Of a stretch of DNA of 64,000 bases, positions 1-7,510 are shown piece after piece. Position 1 is the stretch's first letter. Each line of letters starts with the position of its first letter. Source of the stretch: Chthonomonadaceae bacterium (GTDB lineage: Bacteria; Armatimonadota; Chthonomonadetes; Chthonomonadales; Chthonomonadaceae); contig DASRGZ010000191.1 in NCBI GenBank assembly GCA_035650735.1, positions 1-64,000 of the forward strand, written 5' to 3'. Position numbers and translations under genes: made by a program. The notes under the pieces are model-generated. The model was not told the origin of the DNA and ran no database searches. It saw only the letters and a program-made list of their open reading frames with translations.

Positions 1-56
1 CTAATGAGCGGCTGGCCTATCTCCTCAAGAGGACCCAAGTGCATCACACGCTCTAG
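1..56 (-). mobile_element. Partial copy of CTAG-ended MITE-like repeat (runs off window start)
   Basis: Reverse complement of 1-56 matches 1079-1134 at 55/56 nt; its CTAG end overlaps the msrB stop codon. Confidence 0.75.
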
Positions 57-577
57 GGCTGGGCAGGCTCTTTCCTCTTTAAGTTCAGGCTGGCGGAGTT
101 GATGCAGTAGCGCAGCCCGGTCGGTTCGGGGCCATCCGGGAAGACGTGTCCCAGGTGGCCGCCACAGCGACTGCATAGCACTTCGATGCGGTGCATGCCG
201 TAGCTGTAGTCGTCCCGGGTACGGATTTTGCTCTTATCAATGACGTTCCAGAAGCTAGGCCACCCACACCCGGCGTCAAACTTGGTATCCGACGTGAATA
301 ACTCCTGGCCGCAGGCCGCACAGACATAGGTGCCGGGCTCCATAACGTTCCAGTACTTGCCGGTGAAGGGCCGCTCCGTGCCCTTCTCGCGCAGGACGTG
401 ATACTGCTCCGGCGTGAGTTCCCGCTTCCACTCCTCTTCTGATTTGACGATTGGCTCGTTGCTCATGGGGCGAGTCCCTTCTGTTCGGATGGGCGTGATC
501 GGCTTTCCGGGCTGCGCCGGGCGCGCGCAGCCTGCCGCGATCAGGATGGGCGCTAACCAAAGCCAGCCACTACGCAT
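53..577 (-). CDS. msrB: Peptide-methionine (R)-S-oxide reductase with lipoprotein-type signal
   Basis: GTERPFTG, CxxC, GCGWPSF, GHLGHVF, RYCINS motifs; N-terminal IAAGC lipobox; start 577 chosen over 625. Confidence 0.95.
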   Translation of the reverse strand: MRSGWLWLAPILIAAGCARPAQPGKPITPIRTEGTRPMSNEPIVKSEEEWKRELTPEQYHVLREKGTERPFTGKYWNVMEPGTYVCAACGQELFTSDTKFDAGCGWPSFWNVIDKSKIRTRDDYSYGMHRIEVLCSRCGGHLGHVFPDGPEPTGLRYCINSASLNLKRKEPAQP

Positions 578-708
578 GACCGCACCTCTCCATGTTTCGG
601 TAGCCTCCCAGCCATGCGTCTCCATCTCAACAGGCTATCACCGATACGAGGCATTCTCACGGCTGGGAGGGATTAGGCTTGTTTCTGTATCGGGATACTA
701 TCCCTCAT

Positions 709-734
709 AACGCAGGAAACGCCGTTGCGGTTCC
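709..734 (-). promoter_or_regulatory. ECF-sigma-type promoter for msrB
   Basis: GGAAC-N17-CGTT on minus strand, like the SigH/SigR consensus. Confidence 0.55.
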
Positions 735-787
735 CGGCTGAAAACAGGAAGGAAAATCCTCGCTGGATAGCGAATATAGATTTCTAG

Positions 788-1020
788 CGTCTGGCCCCGG
801 AGCGCAGAGGGCGATCAAGAGAACAGCTTTGCTCTCTCTTCCTTAAGCCAATATCCCTTCGTGCGCACAGGCTTTGGTAGATACTCCCAGCCGTGTGGAT
901 CAATCTTACGCAGCCTGCTGCTGAGGAGATACGTCAACACCGTTGGGAGGGATTACCCAGGCTTTAGAGAAAAGGCGATTTATTCCCCCGCACTTTAGGG
1001 CTGTGGGATACAAAAGCGCA
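788..1020 (+). mobile_element. Degenerate non-autonomous IS200/IS605-like (HEARO/omega-RNA-like) element
   Basis: No ORF; ends in ATTCCCCCGCACTTTAGGGCTGTGGGATA, resembling IS200/IS605 end hairpins; boundaries approximate. Confidence 0.35.
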
Positions 1021-1045
1021 GCGTACCGGGCACGCTCTCCCCCTC

Positions 1046-1074
1046 TTGACAGGCGAAAGCCTGTCGGCTATACT
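1046..1074 (+). promoter_or_regulatory. Sigma70 promoter with overlapping palindrome
   Basis: TTGACA-N17-TATACT; GACAGGC-gaaa-GCCTGTC at 1048-1065. Confidence 0.7.
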
Positions 1075-1078
1075 GCCT

Positions 1079-1227
1079 CTAGAGCGTGGGATGCACTTGG
1101 GTCCTCTTGAGGAGATAGGCCAGCCGCTCATTAGAGGCTTGGTGCTCGCTTTTTAGCAAGCACCAAGCGGTCATCAGCCTCCAAGTCCTCTCTCGAAGCA
1201 GGCAAAAAAGAGCATAATACTCTCTAG
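1079..1227 (+). mobile_element. MITE-like element, ~149 bp, CTAG at both ends
   Basis: Imperfect TIRs CTAGAGCGTGGGATGCACTT / CTAGAGAGTATTATGCTCTT (15/20); internal hairpin GCTTGGTGCT...AGCACCAAGC; second copy at 1-56. Confidence 0.7.
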
Positions 1228-1328
1228 GTCGTTGGATAATCCAGGTTCAGCGGGTTGCTGGTAACCAAGCGTCAATCCGACCAGCGTAAAACTCGGACGG
1301 TAACCTCGTAAATAGTCTTGCCAGAAGG

Positions 1329-1446
1329 CAAGTCACTGTGGGGCGGCACAGTGACTGCAAGGGTCGCTTGGGATCGTTTCCAAGCTCCGCCTTGCGGCAT
1401 TGCGAAGCGATAGAAGCCCCGGCCTTCATGCCTGGGGAGCCGCCAC
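1329..1446 (+). mobile_element. Orphan IS605/tnpB-type right end (omega-RNA-like)
   Basis: 10-bp hairpin AGTCACTGTG/CACAGTGACT, then AGAAGCCCCGGCCTTCATGCCTGGGGAG end hairpin typical of tnpB 3' ends; no tnpB present. Confidence 0.55.
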
Positions 1447-1462
1447 AGAAAGCAGCCCCACC

Positions 1463-1900
1463 ATGACAGTCCAGATGCCTCCCAAGCGCGTGCTCCTGTG
1501 TGAAGATGAGGGCATTATCCTCCTGCAGCTTCGCAAGACGCTCCTACGCGCGGGCTATGAAGTCGTGGGAGAAGCTACGAGAGGTCAAGAGGCCATAGAA
1601 TTAGCCAGAGAGCGCACGCCCGACCTGATCCTCATGGACATAGACCTTGCCGGGCCTCTTTCCGGCATTGAGGCGACACGGCAAATCCTGGAGCACTATC
1701 CCGTTCCCATTCTTATCTTATCCGCCTACAGCGATCTGATGCATGTGGAGAACGCTCTGAATGCCGGCGCGTGCGGCTATGTCGTCAAGCCCATCATTAG
1801 CGAGCAACTGCTGCCAGTGATCGAAGCCGCCGTCGCACGGTTCCAGAGGCTTGGCGCGGCTGTGACCCTAGACAACGCCCGCCCGCCGACCCACTCCTGA
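1463..1900 (+). CDS. Response regulator, receiver domain only (PdtaR/NasT-like, no ANTAR)
   Basis: EDE, ILMD, SAY, VKP receiver motifs; ends shortly after the receiver. Confidence 0.85.
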   Translation: MTVQMPPKRVLLCEDEGIILLQLRKTLLRAGYEVVGEATRGQEAIELARERTPDLILMDIDLAGPLSGIEATRQILEHYPVPILILSAYSDLMHVENALNAGACGYVVKPIISEQLLPVIEAAVARFQRLGAAVTLDNARPPTHS

Positions 1901-2051
1901 AAGCGGCAGCCGCCCACTCTTAGAAGCGGGCCATCGCAATTATCCGGATGGCGGGATCGGGTTAGCGATGGCTCTGCAAGCTAGATGAAATCTTTTCGGG
2001 CGTTCACTATACCGGGATAATTGTGGTACACTAAACCAATCGGTAGCTTTC

Positions 2052-2204
2052 GCCTTGAATCGTGGTTTGAGGTCAAGCCTTCGAGAGGCAGCCACGCTTT
2101 CATGGGGCACTGCCAACGAACTGTCTTTGCAAAATATATCCATAACGCTCGAGACAGCCCTCTCCTGCGCTATGTGCTGCGCCATCAGGAGAGGGTTTTT
2201 GTTT
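2052..2204 (+). promoter_or_regulatory. Candidate structured 5' leader with intrinsic terminator upstream of zinc-ribbon/RRM genes
   Basis: Nested stems CGTGGTT/AGCCACG and GCCT/AGGC; terminator CCCTCTCCTG...CAGGAGAGGG-TTTTT at 2158-2200. Confidence 0.5.
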
Positions 2205-2270
2205 ATTCCTTCTCGGTGGTGGTCCAATGGGCAGCATCAGCGGAAGGAGAGGTAATGGAAAGGAGCTCGT

Positions 2271-2477
2271 ATGCCAGCAGGAGAGATTCCCATTACCTGC
2301 CCCCACTGCCAGCACCGCACCAGCCTACCTGTTGCCGCCGTCAAACGCGACAACTACTACTGCTCCAGGTGCTTGCAGAAGATACCCATGCAGGGTATCC
2401 GCGCCTATTCCGACCCAACAGAAGATCGCCCCTATGCTGCCCGTCCGAAAAAGAGCAGCCGCGGCTACCGCAAATAG
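2271..2477 (+). CDS. Small zinc-ribbon protein with basic tail
   Basis: CPHC...CSRC; strong RBS GAAAGGAG. Confidence 0.8.
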   Translation: MPAGEIPITCPHCQHRTSLPVAAVKRDNYYCSRCLQKIPMQGIRAYSDPTEDRPYAARPKKSSRGYRK

Positions 2478-2536
2478 GTCGGAGGCTATTTTAGTCAAAC
2501 AACTGCCTTGATGAGTAAGAAAGGAGCTAATCCCTC

Positions 2537-2851
2537 ATGGCAAAGCGCATTTATGTTGGTGGATTGCCCTATTCGGCAACCGACCAGGATCTGGAGCAGT
2601 TATTTGCTACCATCGGCGCGGTGGCGTCTGCGACCGTTATCACCGATCGCTATACGGGACAGGGGAAAGGCTTTGGCTTTGTGGAGATGGAGAACGATGC
2701 CGATGCGGACACCGCTATCCGCAACCTGAACGGAACAACGCTGGATGGGAGAACGCTCACGGTCAATGAGGCCAGGCCCCGCGAAGAACGCTCTCAGGGC
2801 AGAGGCGGTTACGGCGGTGGCGGAAACCGAGGCGGACGCAGCCGATACTAA
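2537..2851 (+). CDS. RRM (RNP-1) RNA-binding protein with Gly/Arg-rich tail
   Basis: RNP2 IYVGGL, RNP1 KGFGFVEM; RBS AAAGGAG. Confidence 0.95.
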   Translation: MAKRIYVGGLPYSATDQDLEQLFATIGAVASATVITDRYTGQGKGFGFVEMENDADADTAIRNLNGTTLDGRTLTVNEARPREERSQGRGGYGGGGNRGGRSRY

Positions 2852-2882
2852 ACCGGACCGCGCAGAAAGGCCAGACAATATT

Positions 2883-2915
2883 GCGGGGAGCCCGTTCCGC
2901 CTGCGGGCTCCCCGC
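2883..2915 (+). terminator. Hairpin after RRM gene
   Basis: GCGGGGAGCCCG...CGGGCTCCCCGC stem, no clear U-tract. Confidence 0.5.
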
Positions 2916-3005
2916 GTCGTGTCGTTCCCGGGCGCGGCGTCAGCGCCCCCGTCGACGCGCTCGGCGAACTTCACGTCTGGAAGGGGCCGGTCAACGCCCC
3001 AAAAA

Positions 3006-3221
3006 GGTTCCCGGTGTGACTCCTTTGCTCTCTGCTCCAATCCAGCGTTATCTCAAGCAGGGGCACGTCTTCTTGCTGCTCACCGGGGCCGAGAGAGGAC
3101 GGGACGAGGTTCTGCATTTCCCCTTATAGCGAGACAACAGAGGCCGAATGACGTTCGTGCCCTGCTGCCTGATCCAAACGGAAGTCCGCGCATCGCGTGA
3201 CAGCGGCGGGATCATTTTTTT
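3006..3221. ncRNA. Candidate ~210-nt rod-shaped RNA with central bubble (6S-like architecture)
   Basis: End-to-end pairing GACTCCTTTG/CAAACGGAAGTC and AGCAGGGGCACG/CGTGCCCTGCT around an unpaired bubble; flanked by A- and T-tracts; strand unresolved. Confidence 0.3.
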
Positions 3222-3319
3222 AGCGCAGAAGGCTATCCGTGCCCTGTTCAGGGCGAGTGCCTGAAGAGGTCTGGCTCTCTCGCAGTTGCCGGGCATAACC
3301 GGAATGCGAGGAAAAGGCG

Positions 3320-3766
3320 CTAGCTCCGGCTTGCTATCCGCGCCGCCCGGGGCGCATAGCTCTCCACATCCACGACCGGGCCGTCCGTATCTGCCAGCAG
3401 CCCCCGGCGTTCCCGGCGGATCCGCGCAACAAGCGGTCTGGAGGCCAGGAAGGGCAGCAGCAGCGCCGTGAGCAGCAGCGGCAGGACGAGCGCTTCCAGC
3501 CCGTCCAGGGCGGTATCCATCAGGAAGCCGAACAGGGGAAACACCACCGACCATAGACCTTCGAGAGGCAATTCCGAGGCGATCAGCAGCGCGGTAAGCC
3601 CCACGCCCAACCCGAACGCCAGCAGCTTCGCGCCCGGCGGCACGCGCCGATCCCGCAGCAGCGCCAGGCCGAGCCGGGCATCCAGCAGGCCGCCGGGCTG
3701 CGCATGCCGGGCCGCCGCCTTATGCAACACGCGCCTGCCCAGCAGGCGTAACAGCAATTTAAGCAT
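3320..3766 (-). CDS. DUF1232/YkvA-like membrane protein
   Basis: LLRDRRVP.GAKLL motif plus hydrophobic helices. Confidence 0.7.
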   Translation of the reverse strand: MLKLLLRLLGRRVLHKAAARHAQPGGLLDARLGLALLRDRRVPPGAKLLAFGLGVGLTALLIASELPLEGLWSVVFPLFGFLMDTALDGLEALVLPLLLTALLLPFLASRPLVARIRRERRGLLADTDGPVVDVESYAPRAARIASRS

Positions 3767-3790
3767 TGAAAACTTCCCTCCACATTCCCA

Positions 3791-3816
3791 TACGGACGGC
3801 AGACGCGCCAGGTTTC
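3791..3816 (-). promoter_or_regulatory. ECF-type promoter
   Basis: GAAAC-N17-CGTA (SigW-like) just upstream of the DUF1232-like gene. Confidence 0.45.
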
Positions 3817-3865
3817 GCTAGCGCCGAGCGGCCATCTACATCTCGCCCCAGACACCCCGGACAAC

Positions 3866-3906
3866 AAAAAGCCTCTCAGCATACCTGGCGGTAGCTGAGA
3901 GGCTTT
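3866..3906 (-). terminator. Intrinsic terminator
   Basis: AAAGCCTCTCAGC...GCTGAGAGGCTTTTT on minus strand. Confidence 0.85.
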
Positions 3907-4277
3907 CCTGGTAGGCTCGGAATTTCACCGGGCCAAGTTAGCGAGTTTCGCTCGGTCGGCGCTGCGATGAGACTTTGATTTTGAAGCGCATTACGGTGCG
4001 CACTGCGTTTCGTGTCCTTTTTCCTGATCTAAGCAATTCCAGGTTATCGCTTGCAGGGACCCACGACGGCTGATCTTATCCCATCGCCACGCCTGCGGCG
4101 TTTCGAGTGTCCGGTGGAGTCATTGCAACCTATCCTTTCAGGTGGGTGGCCCACGATGGCCAGTTGGGTAAGAGACTGGGTTTCGTGTTGCACCTCCTCT
4201 AGGGATTATTCATCGCTCCGCCCTCTGCGACACCAACAGTATAGTGGGCGGTAGAGTGTTCCCACCGTTCTTAGTAC
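3866..4277 (-). ncRNA. Unrecognised ~410-nt structured noncoding transcript
   Basis: Bounded by consensus promoter and terminator; no minus-strand ORF in the track; many short hairpins. Confidence 0.65.
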
Positions 4278-4312
4278 GTCGTAATTATATTCTCTGATAC
4301 GTCGTAAGTCAA
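4275..4312 (-). promoter_or_regulatory. Sigma70 promoter with two operator boxes
   Basis: TTGACT-N17-TATAAT; TACGTCGTAA at 4275-4284 and 4298-4307. Confidence 0.8.
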
Positions 4313-4477
4313 CCCTAAAATGCCCTCGAGCAAGTGGTTCTTTGGTACTCAGACGCATGTATACGAATCCCGTCCTCCTCAGGAATTTTGGCCTTCTGCC
4401 CTTCCTCTAGCGTTGCCTCAGACCCGCTATCCCATAAAATAACGCAGAAAAATGCGTCCAATCCTTGCTCTTTTGCG

Positions 4478-4531
4478 TTGACATAGCGAGCATTGCATCT
4501 TATAATGCTCGTATCGAGCAAACGTTTGTTC
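4478..4531 (+). promoter_or_regulatory. Consensus sigma70 promoter and LacI-type operator
   Basis: TTGACA-N17-TATAAT; near-palindrome GAGCAAACGTTTGTTC at 4516-4531; extra IR CGAGCATT/AATGCTCG around -10. Confidence 0.85.
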
Positions 4532-4554
4532 AGGGCCGAAAACGAGGCGGCGCC

Positions 4555-5610
4555 ATGCGACGGACGACGCTCAAAGATATCGCTTTGCGGACGGAACTGG
4601 ATGTCTCGACAGTCTCCCGCGTGCTCAACGGCGACGGCGCGCTGCGTATCAGCGAGCGCAAGCGTGCGCAGGTGCTGCAGGTGGCAGAGGAACTGGGCTA
4701 CTCGCCCCATCTCCCCGCCCGCTCGCTGCGGCTGCAGCGTAGCTTCAATATCGGCTACGTCCTGAGCGAGCTCGCCTCCCCTTTGCCCATCCAGGGAGAC
4801 CTGGAATTCTCAGTAGCTCGCTTCCGAATCTATGGCCTGGAGGAAGCCCTCTCCGGGCGCGGCTATCTGCTCAGCCTGCTGCGCCTGCCCGCTACCGACC
4901 CGTTCGCATTGGAAGAGAAGGTGCTGCGGCGGCGTCTGGTAGATGGCCTGATCTATGGCTGTTACCTGCCTGCGGTGGAGACCCTCCAGAAGCTGGAGCG
5001 CGCAGGCTTCCCCGTGGTGTTTCTGGATCCGTTCCCGCCGAGCGCCCTGGAAGGCGCCCGGCTTAGCAGCGTCTGCTCCGACCGAAAAGCCGGGGTGCAG
5101 AGCGCCATGCGGTATCTCTGGACGCGCGGGCATTGTCGGATCGCCTTTATCAGCTCGCGCACCAACGTGCGGCGGCTGGCCGGCTACCGGTCGGCGCTGG
5201 AGGAATTGGGACTGCCCCTCGATCTGCGCCTAGTCAAGCTCTTCGATCCGCCGCGCGAAAACTCGTATATGGCGCGCGCCGCCGGATATCGCCGGATGCA
5301 GGAGCTGCTGCAGGAAGGCGTTGCCTTTACCGCCGTCCAGGCCGGAAGCGATGCCACCGCCGCTGGTGTGCTGGACGCGCTGCAGGAGGCCGGCTGTCGA
5401 GTGCCGGAGGATGTGGCGGTGATCGGATACGACGATGTGGAGGGCCTGGACGGCGCGCTCTTTGCTGAGCCGTTTTTGAGCACCGTGCGTGATCCTAATT
5501 TCGAGATGGGCATCAAGGCGGCGGAGCTGCTGTTGGCCCAGATTGAGGAGGGAGCGCAGCCAGAGAGCGCGCTGCTGCAACCGGAGCTGGTGCTGCGCGC
5601 CTCCGCGTGA
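4555..5610 (+). CDS. LacI-family transcriptional regulator
   Basis: TLKDIA...STVSRVLN HTH; VPEDVAVIGYDD; LVLRAS. Confidence 0.95.
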   Translation: MRRTTLKDIALRTELDVSTVSRVLNGDGALRISERKRAQVLQVAEELGYSPHLPARSLRLQRSFNIGYVLSELASPLPIQGDLEFSVARFRIYGLEEALSGRGYLLSLLRLPATDPFALEEKVLRRRLVDGLIYGCYLPAVETLQKLERAGFPVVFLDPFPPSALEGARLSSVCSDRKAGVQSAMRYLWTRGHCRIAFISSRTNVRRLAGYRSALEELGLPLDLRLVKLFDPPRENSYMARAAGYRRMQELLQEGVAFTAVQAGSDATAAGVLDALQEAGCRVPEDVAVIGYDDVEGLDGALFAEPFLSTVRDPNFEMGIKAAELLLAQIEEGAQPESALLQPELVLRASA

Positions 5611-5627
5611 GGCAGGAAGGGAGAGCC

Positions 5628-5948
5628 ATGAAGCAGAAAATCAATCCCATGGTAGCAGGCATTATCATTCTCGGATTCCTGGCGGTTGTTGGGGCGGTGA
5701 TGTATTTCCAATCCGAGCCGCCCATGGTCAACGTTCCCAAGAAATCCGAAGCGGAGATGATCAAAGAGGGCAAAGCCGGAATGGAGGGCTTTAAAGCCGC
5801 TCTGGGAGTGGGAAAGCCAAAGCCGGGCATTGCCGGCAAGGAAGCCCCCAAGAAGGGAAACGCCCCGCACCCCGATAGCGGCACAGACAAGAAGAACGCG
5901 CCAGTGGACGCACAAGCGCCGCCGAAGGCAGAGGCATCACGCCCGTAA
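5628..5948 (+). CDS. Small single-pass membrane protein
   Basis: MKQKINP followed by TM helix; low-complexity tail; RBS upstream. Confidence 0.75.
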   Translation: MKQKINPMVAGIIILGFLAVVGAVMYFQSEPPMVNVPKKSEAEMIKEGKAGMEGFKAALGVGKPKPGIAGKEAPKKGNAPHPDSGTDKKNAPVDAQAPPKAEASRP

Positions 5949-5962
5949 AGGAGAAGACTCCG

Positions 5963-6169
5963 ATGAAAAAAGAGGTAAGCCAGCCCATGATCATCGCGAT
6001 CATCGTGATCGTGGTGATTCTGGTGGGAGTGTTTGGCTATTATCAACTGCGCACTCCGACTCCGAACGTGACTCCCGAGGAAACCAAGGCCGCAGGGAAC
6101 CGACAGATGGATGCGATGAAAGCGGCCATGCAGCAGTTGAGGTCTGGAACGAAACCGGGAGGACAATAG
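5963..6169 (+). CDS. Small single-pass membrane protein (N-terminus similar to upstream gene)
   Basis: MKKEVSQP followed by TM helix; RBS AAGGAG. Confidence 0.75.
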   Translation: MKKEVSQPMIIAIIVIVVILVGVFGYYQLRTPTPNVTPEETKAAGNRQMDAMKAAMQQLRSGTKPGGQ

Positions 6170-6287
6170 CCTGTAATTGAACTGCTCTGTTTAGGTTCTC
6201 CCTTTCCGAAAGGAGGTGAGGCAGGCATTGCCGATTGCATGAGTAGGCGCTCTATCTGCCTTTGCCAAACAAAGGAGGAAACAGCAG

Positions 6288-7142
6288 ATGCAAGCCCAAC
6301 CGAGGCGTGGTTTCACCCTAATTGAACTGCTCGTCGTCATCGCGATTATCGCGATACTGGCAGCCATTCTCTTCCCCGTTTTCGCCCAGGCACGGGAGAA
6401 AGCGCGGGCCGCTAGCTGCACAAGCAACGTAAAACAGCTCTCCCTGGGCGCTAAAATGTACGCCCAGGATTACGACGGCACCTGCATGCCCTGTGGGGCG
6501 ATCTATCCGGTCGCAGGCCATCCCGACGGCTCCGATGGATGGTGGCCCCAACTCCTCAATCCCTACGTCAAGAACTACCAGGTCATGAACTGCCCAAGCT
6601 ATCGGTCGCCGAACAACCAGGGGCCGAACAACAACGGCCAGCCCGGCAACATCTTCCCACCTGGCATGAATGGAGGCATCGGCTATAACGACAACACATT
6701 CGGCCTCACCTGGCAGTTCTCTGATGGCTCTACGACGACCCTGGCCGTGCGGACCAATCCGCAGACCAAAAAAGGCGAGTGGGTCAGCAACCTCTTGAAT
6801 GAGGCGGTGCTGGATCGTCCGGCGGAAACCATTGAGTTTGGCGACGAGGCCCTTACCTCCAACAACAACAAATGGTTTGCCAAGCCGGATACGACCGATG
6901 GCCAAGGCGACTACTTCCTCTGGATGAACAGCCCGAAGCAGCCCAACCTGCGCGACGAGGTCTGCCCCGATCCCGGCGACTGGGGCGGCATCAGCGTCAC
7001 CATGGCGCGGCATAACGGCGTGGCCAACGTCTCGTTCTACGATGGGCACGTCAAGCCGGTCAAGCCCAGCCGCGTATGGGTTCCCCTCGAGTGCGGCGAT
7101 CTCAATCTCCGCCTCGGCCCGGAGGACCTCTGGGGGCCGTAG
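6288..7142 (+). CDS. Prepilin-type N-methylation / DUF1559 / H-X9-DG protein
   Basis: [34 protein letters not shown]-terminal [14 protein letters not shown]. Confidence 0.95.
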   Translation: MQAQPRRGFTLIELLVVIAIIAILAAILFPVFAQAREKARAASCTSNVKQLSLGAKMYAQDYDGTCMPCGAIYPVAGHPDGSDGWWPQLLNPYVKNYQVMNCPSYRSPNNQGPNNNGQPGNIFPPGMNGGIGYNDNTFGLTWQFSDGSTTTLAVRTNPQTKKGEWVSNLLNEAVLDRPAETIEFGDEALTSNNNKWFAKPDTTDGQGDYFLWMNSPKQPNLRDEVCPDPGDWGGISVTMARHNGVANVSFYDGHVKPVKPSRVWVPLECGDLNLRLGPEDLWGP

Positions 7143-7156
7143 CCTGCCCTGTTTCT

Positions 7157-7254
7157 GACGGCTGGCGGCGGAAGGCGTCCGGAAAGTCCCTTGTGTAACC
7201 GGCATCGTCATGCGTCCTCGGGAACCGGGCTGCGCCTGAGCGCCGCCAGCCGTC
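7157..7254. repeat. 14-bp perfect inverted repeat with 70-nt spacer
   Basis: GACGGCTGGCGGCG (7157-7170) / CGCCGCCAGCCGTC (7241-7254). Confidence 0.8.
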
Positions 7255-7299
7255 TCTTAGAGACCTCTCTCGGCATCGCCCTTACCGCAGAAGACCGCA

Positions 7300-7447
7300 C
7301 CCCCCTCCCCTCTCCTTGAGAAGGAGAGGGGAGCGGCCCCCACCCCCTTCCCCTCTCCCACGCTGCGGGAGAGGGGAGAGGAGAAGCTGGGTCACCCCCT
7401 TCCCTAGCGAGGCACGAGCGATTAGGGAAGGGGGCCGGGGGGTTAGG
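7300..7447. repeat. REP-like CCCTCTCC...GGAGAGGG palindrome cluster
   Basis: Several such hairpins; same family at ~28119, ~34765, ~56252. Confidence 0.75.
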
Positions 7448-7510
7448 TGGGAGATGGGCCAGGCGAGGTTTACTTGCCCCTTCTCGATTAGCTCCGCAAG
7501 GTCTACATCT

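Noticed and set aside
3866..4277. tmRNA, RNase P, SRP, T-box or cobalamin riboswitch identity for the long RNA
   Set aside because: No tRNA-like ends, GAGGAAAGUCC, CAGGUCCGGAAGGAAGCAG, T-box UGGNACC or B12-box signature was found.
7316..7510. N-terminal extension of the TPR ORF
   Set aside because: Translates palindromic repeat DNA; ATG 7511 precedes the TM anchor.
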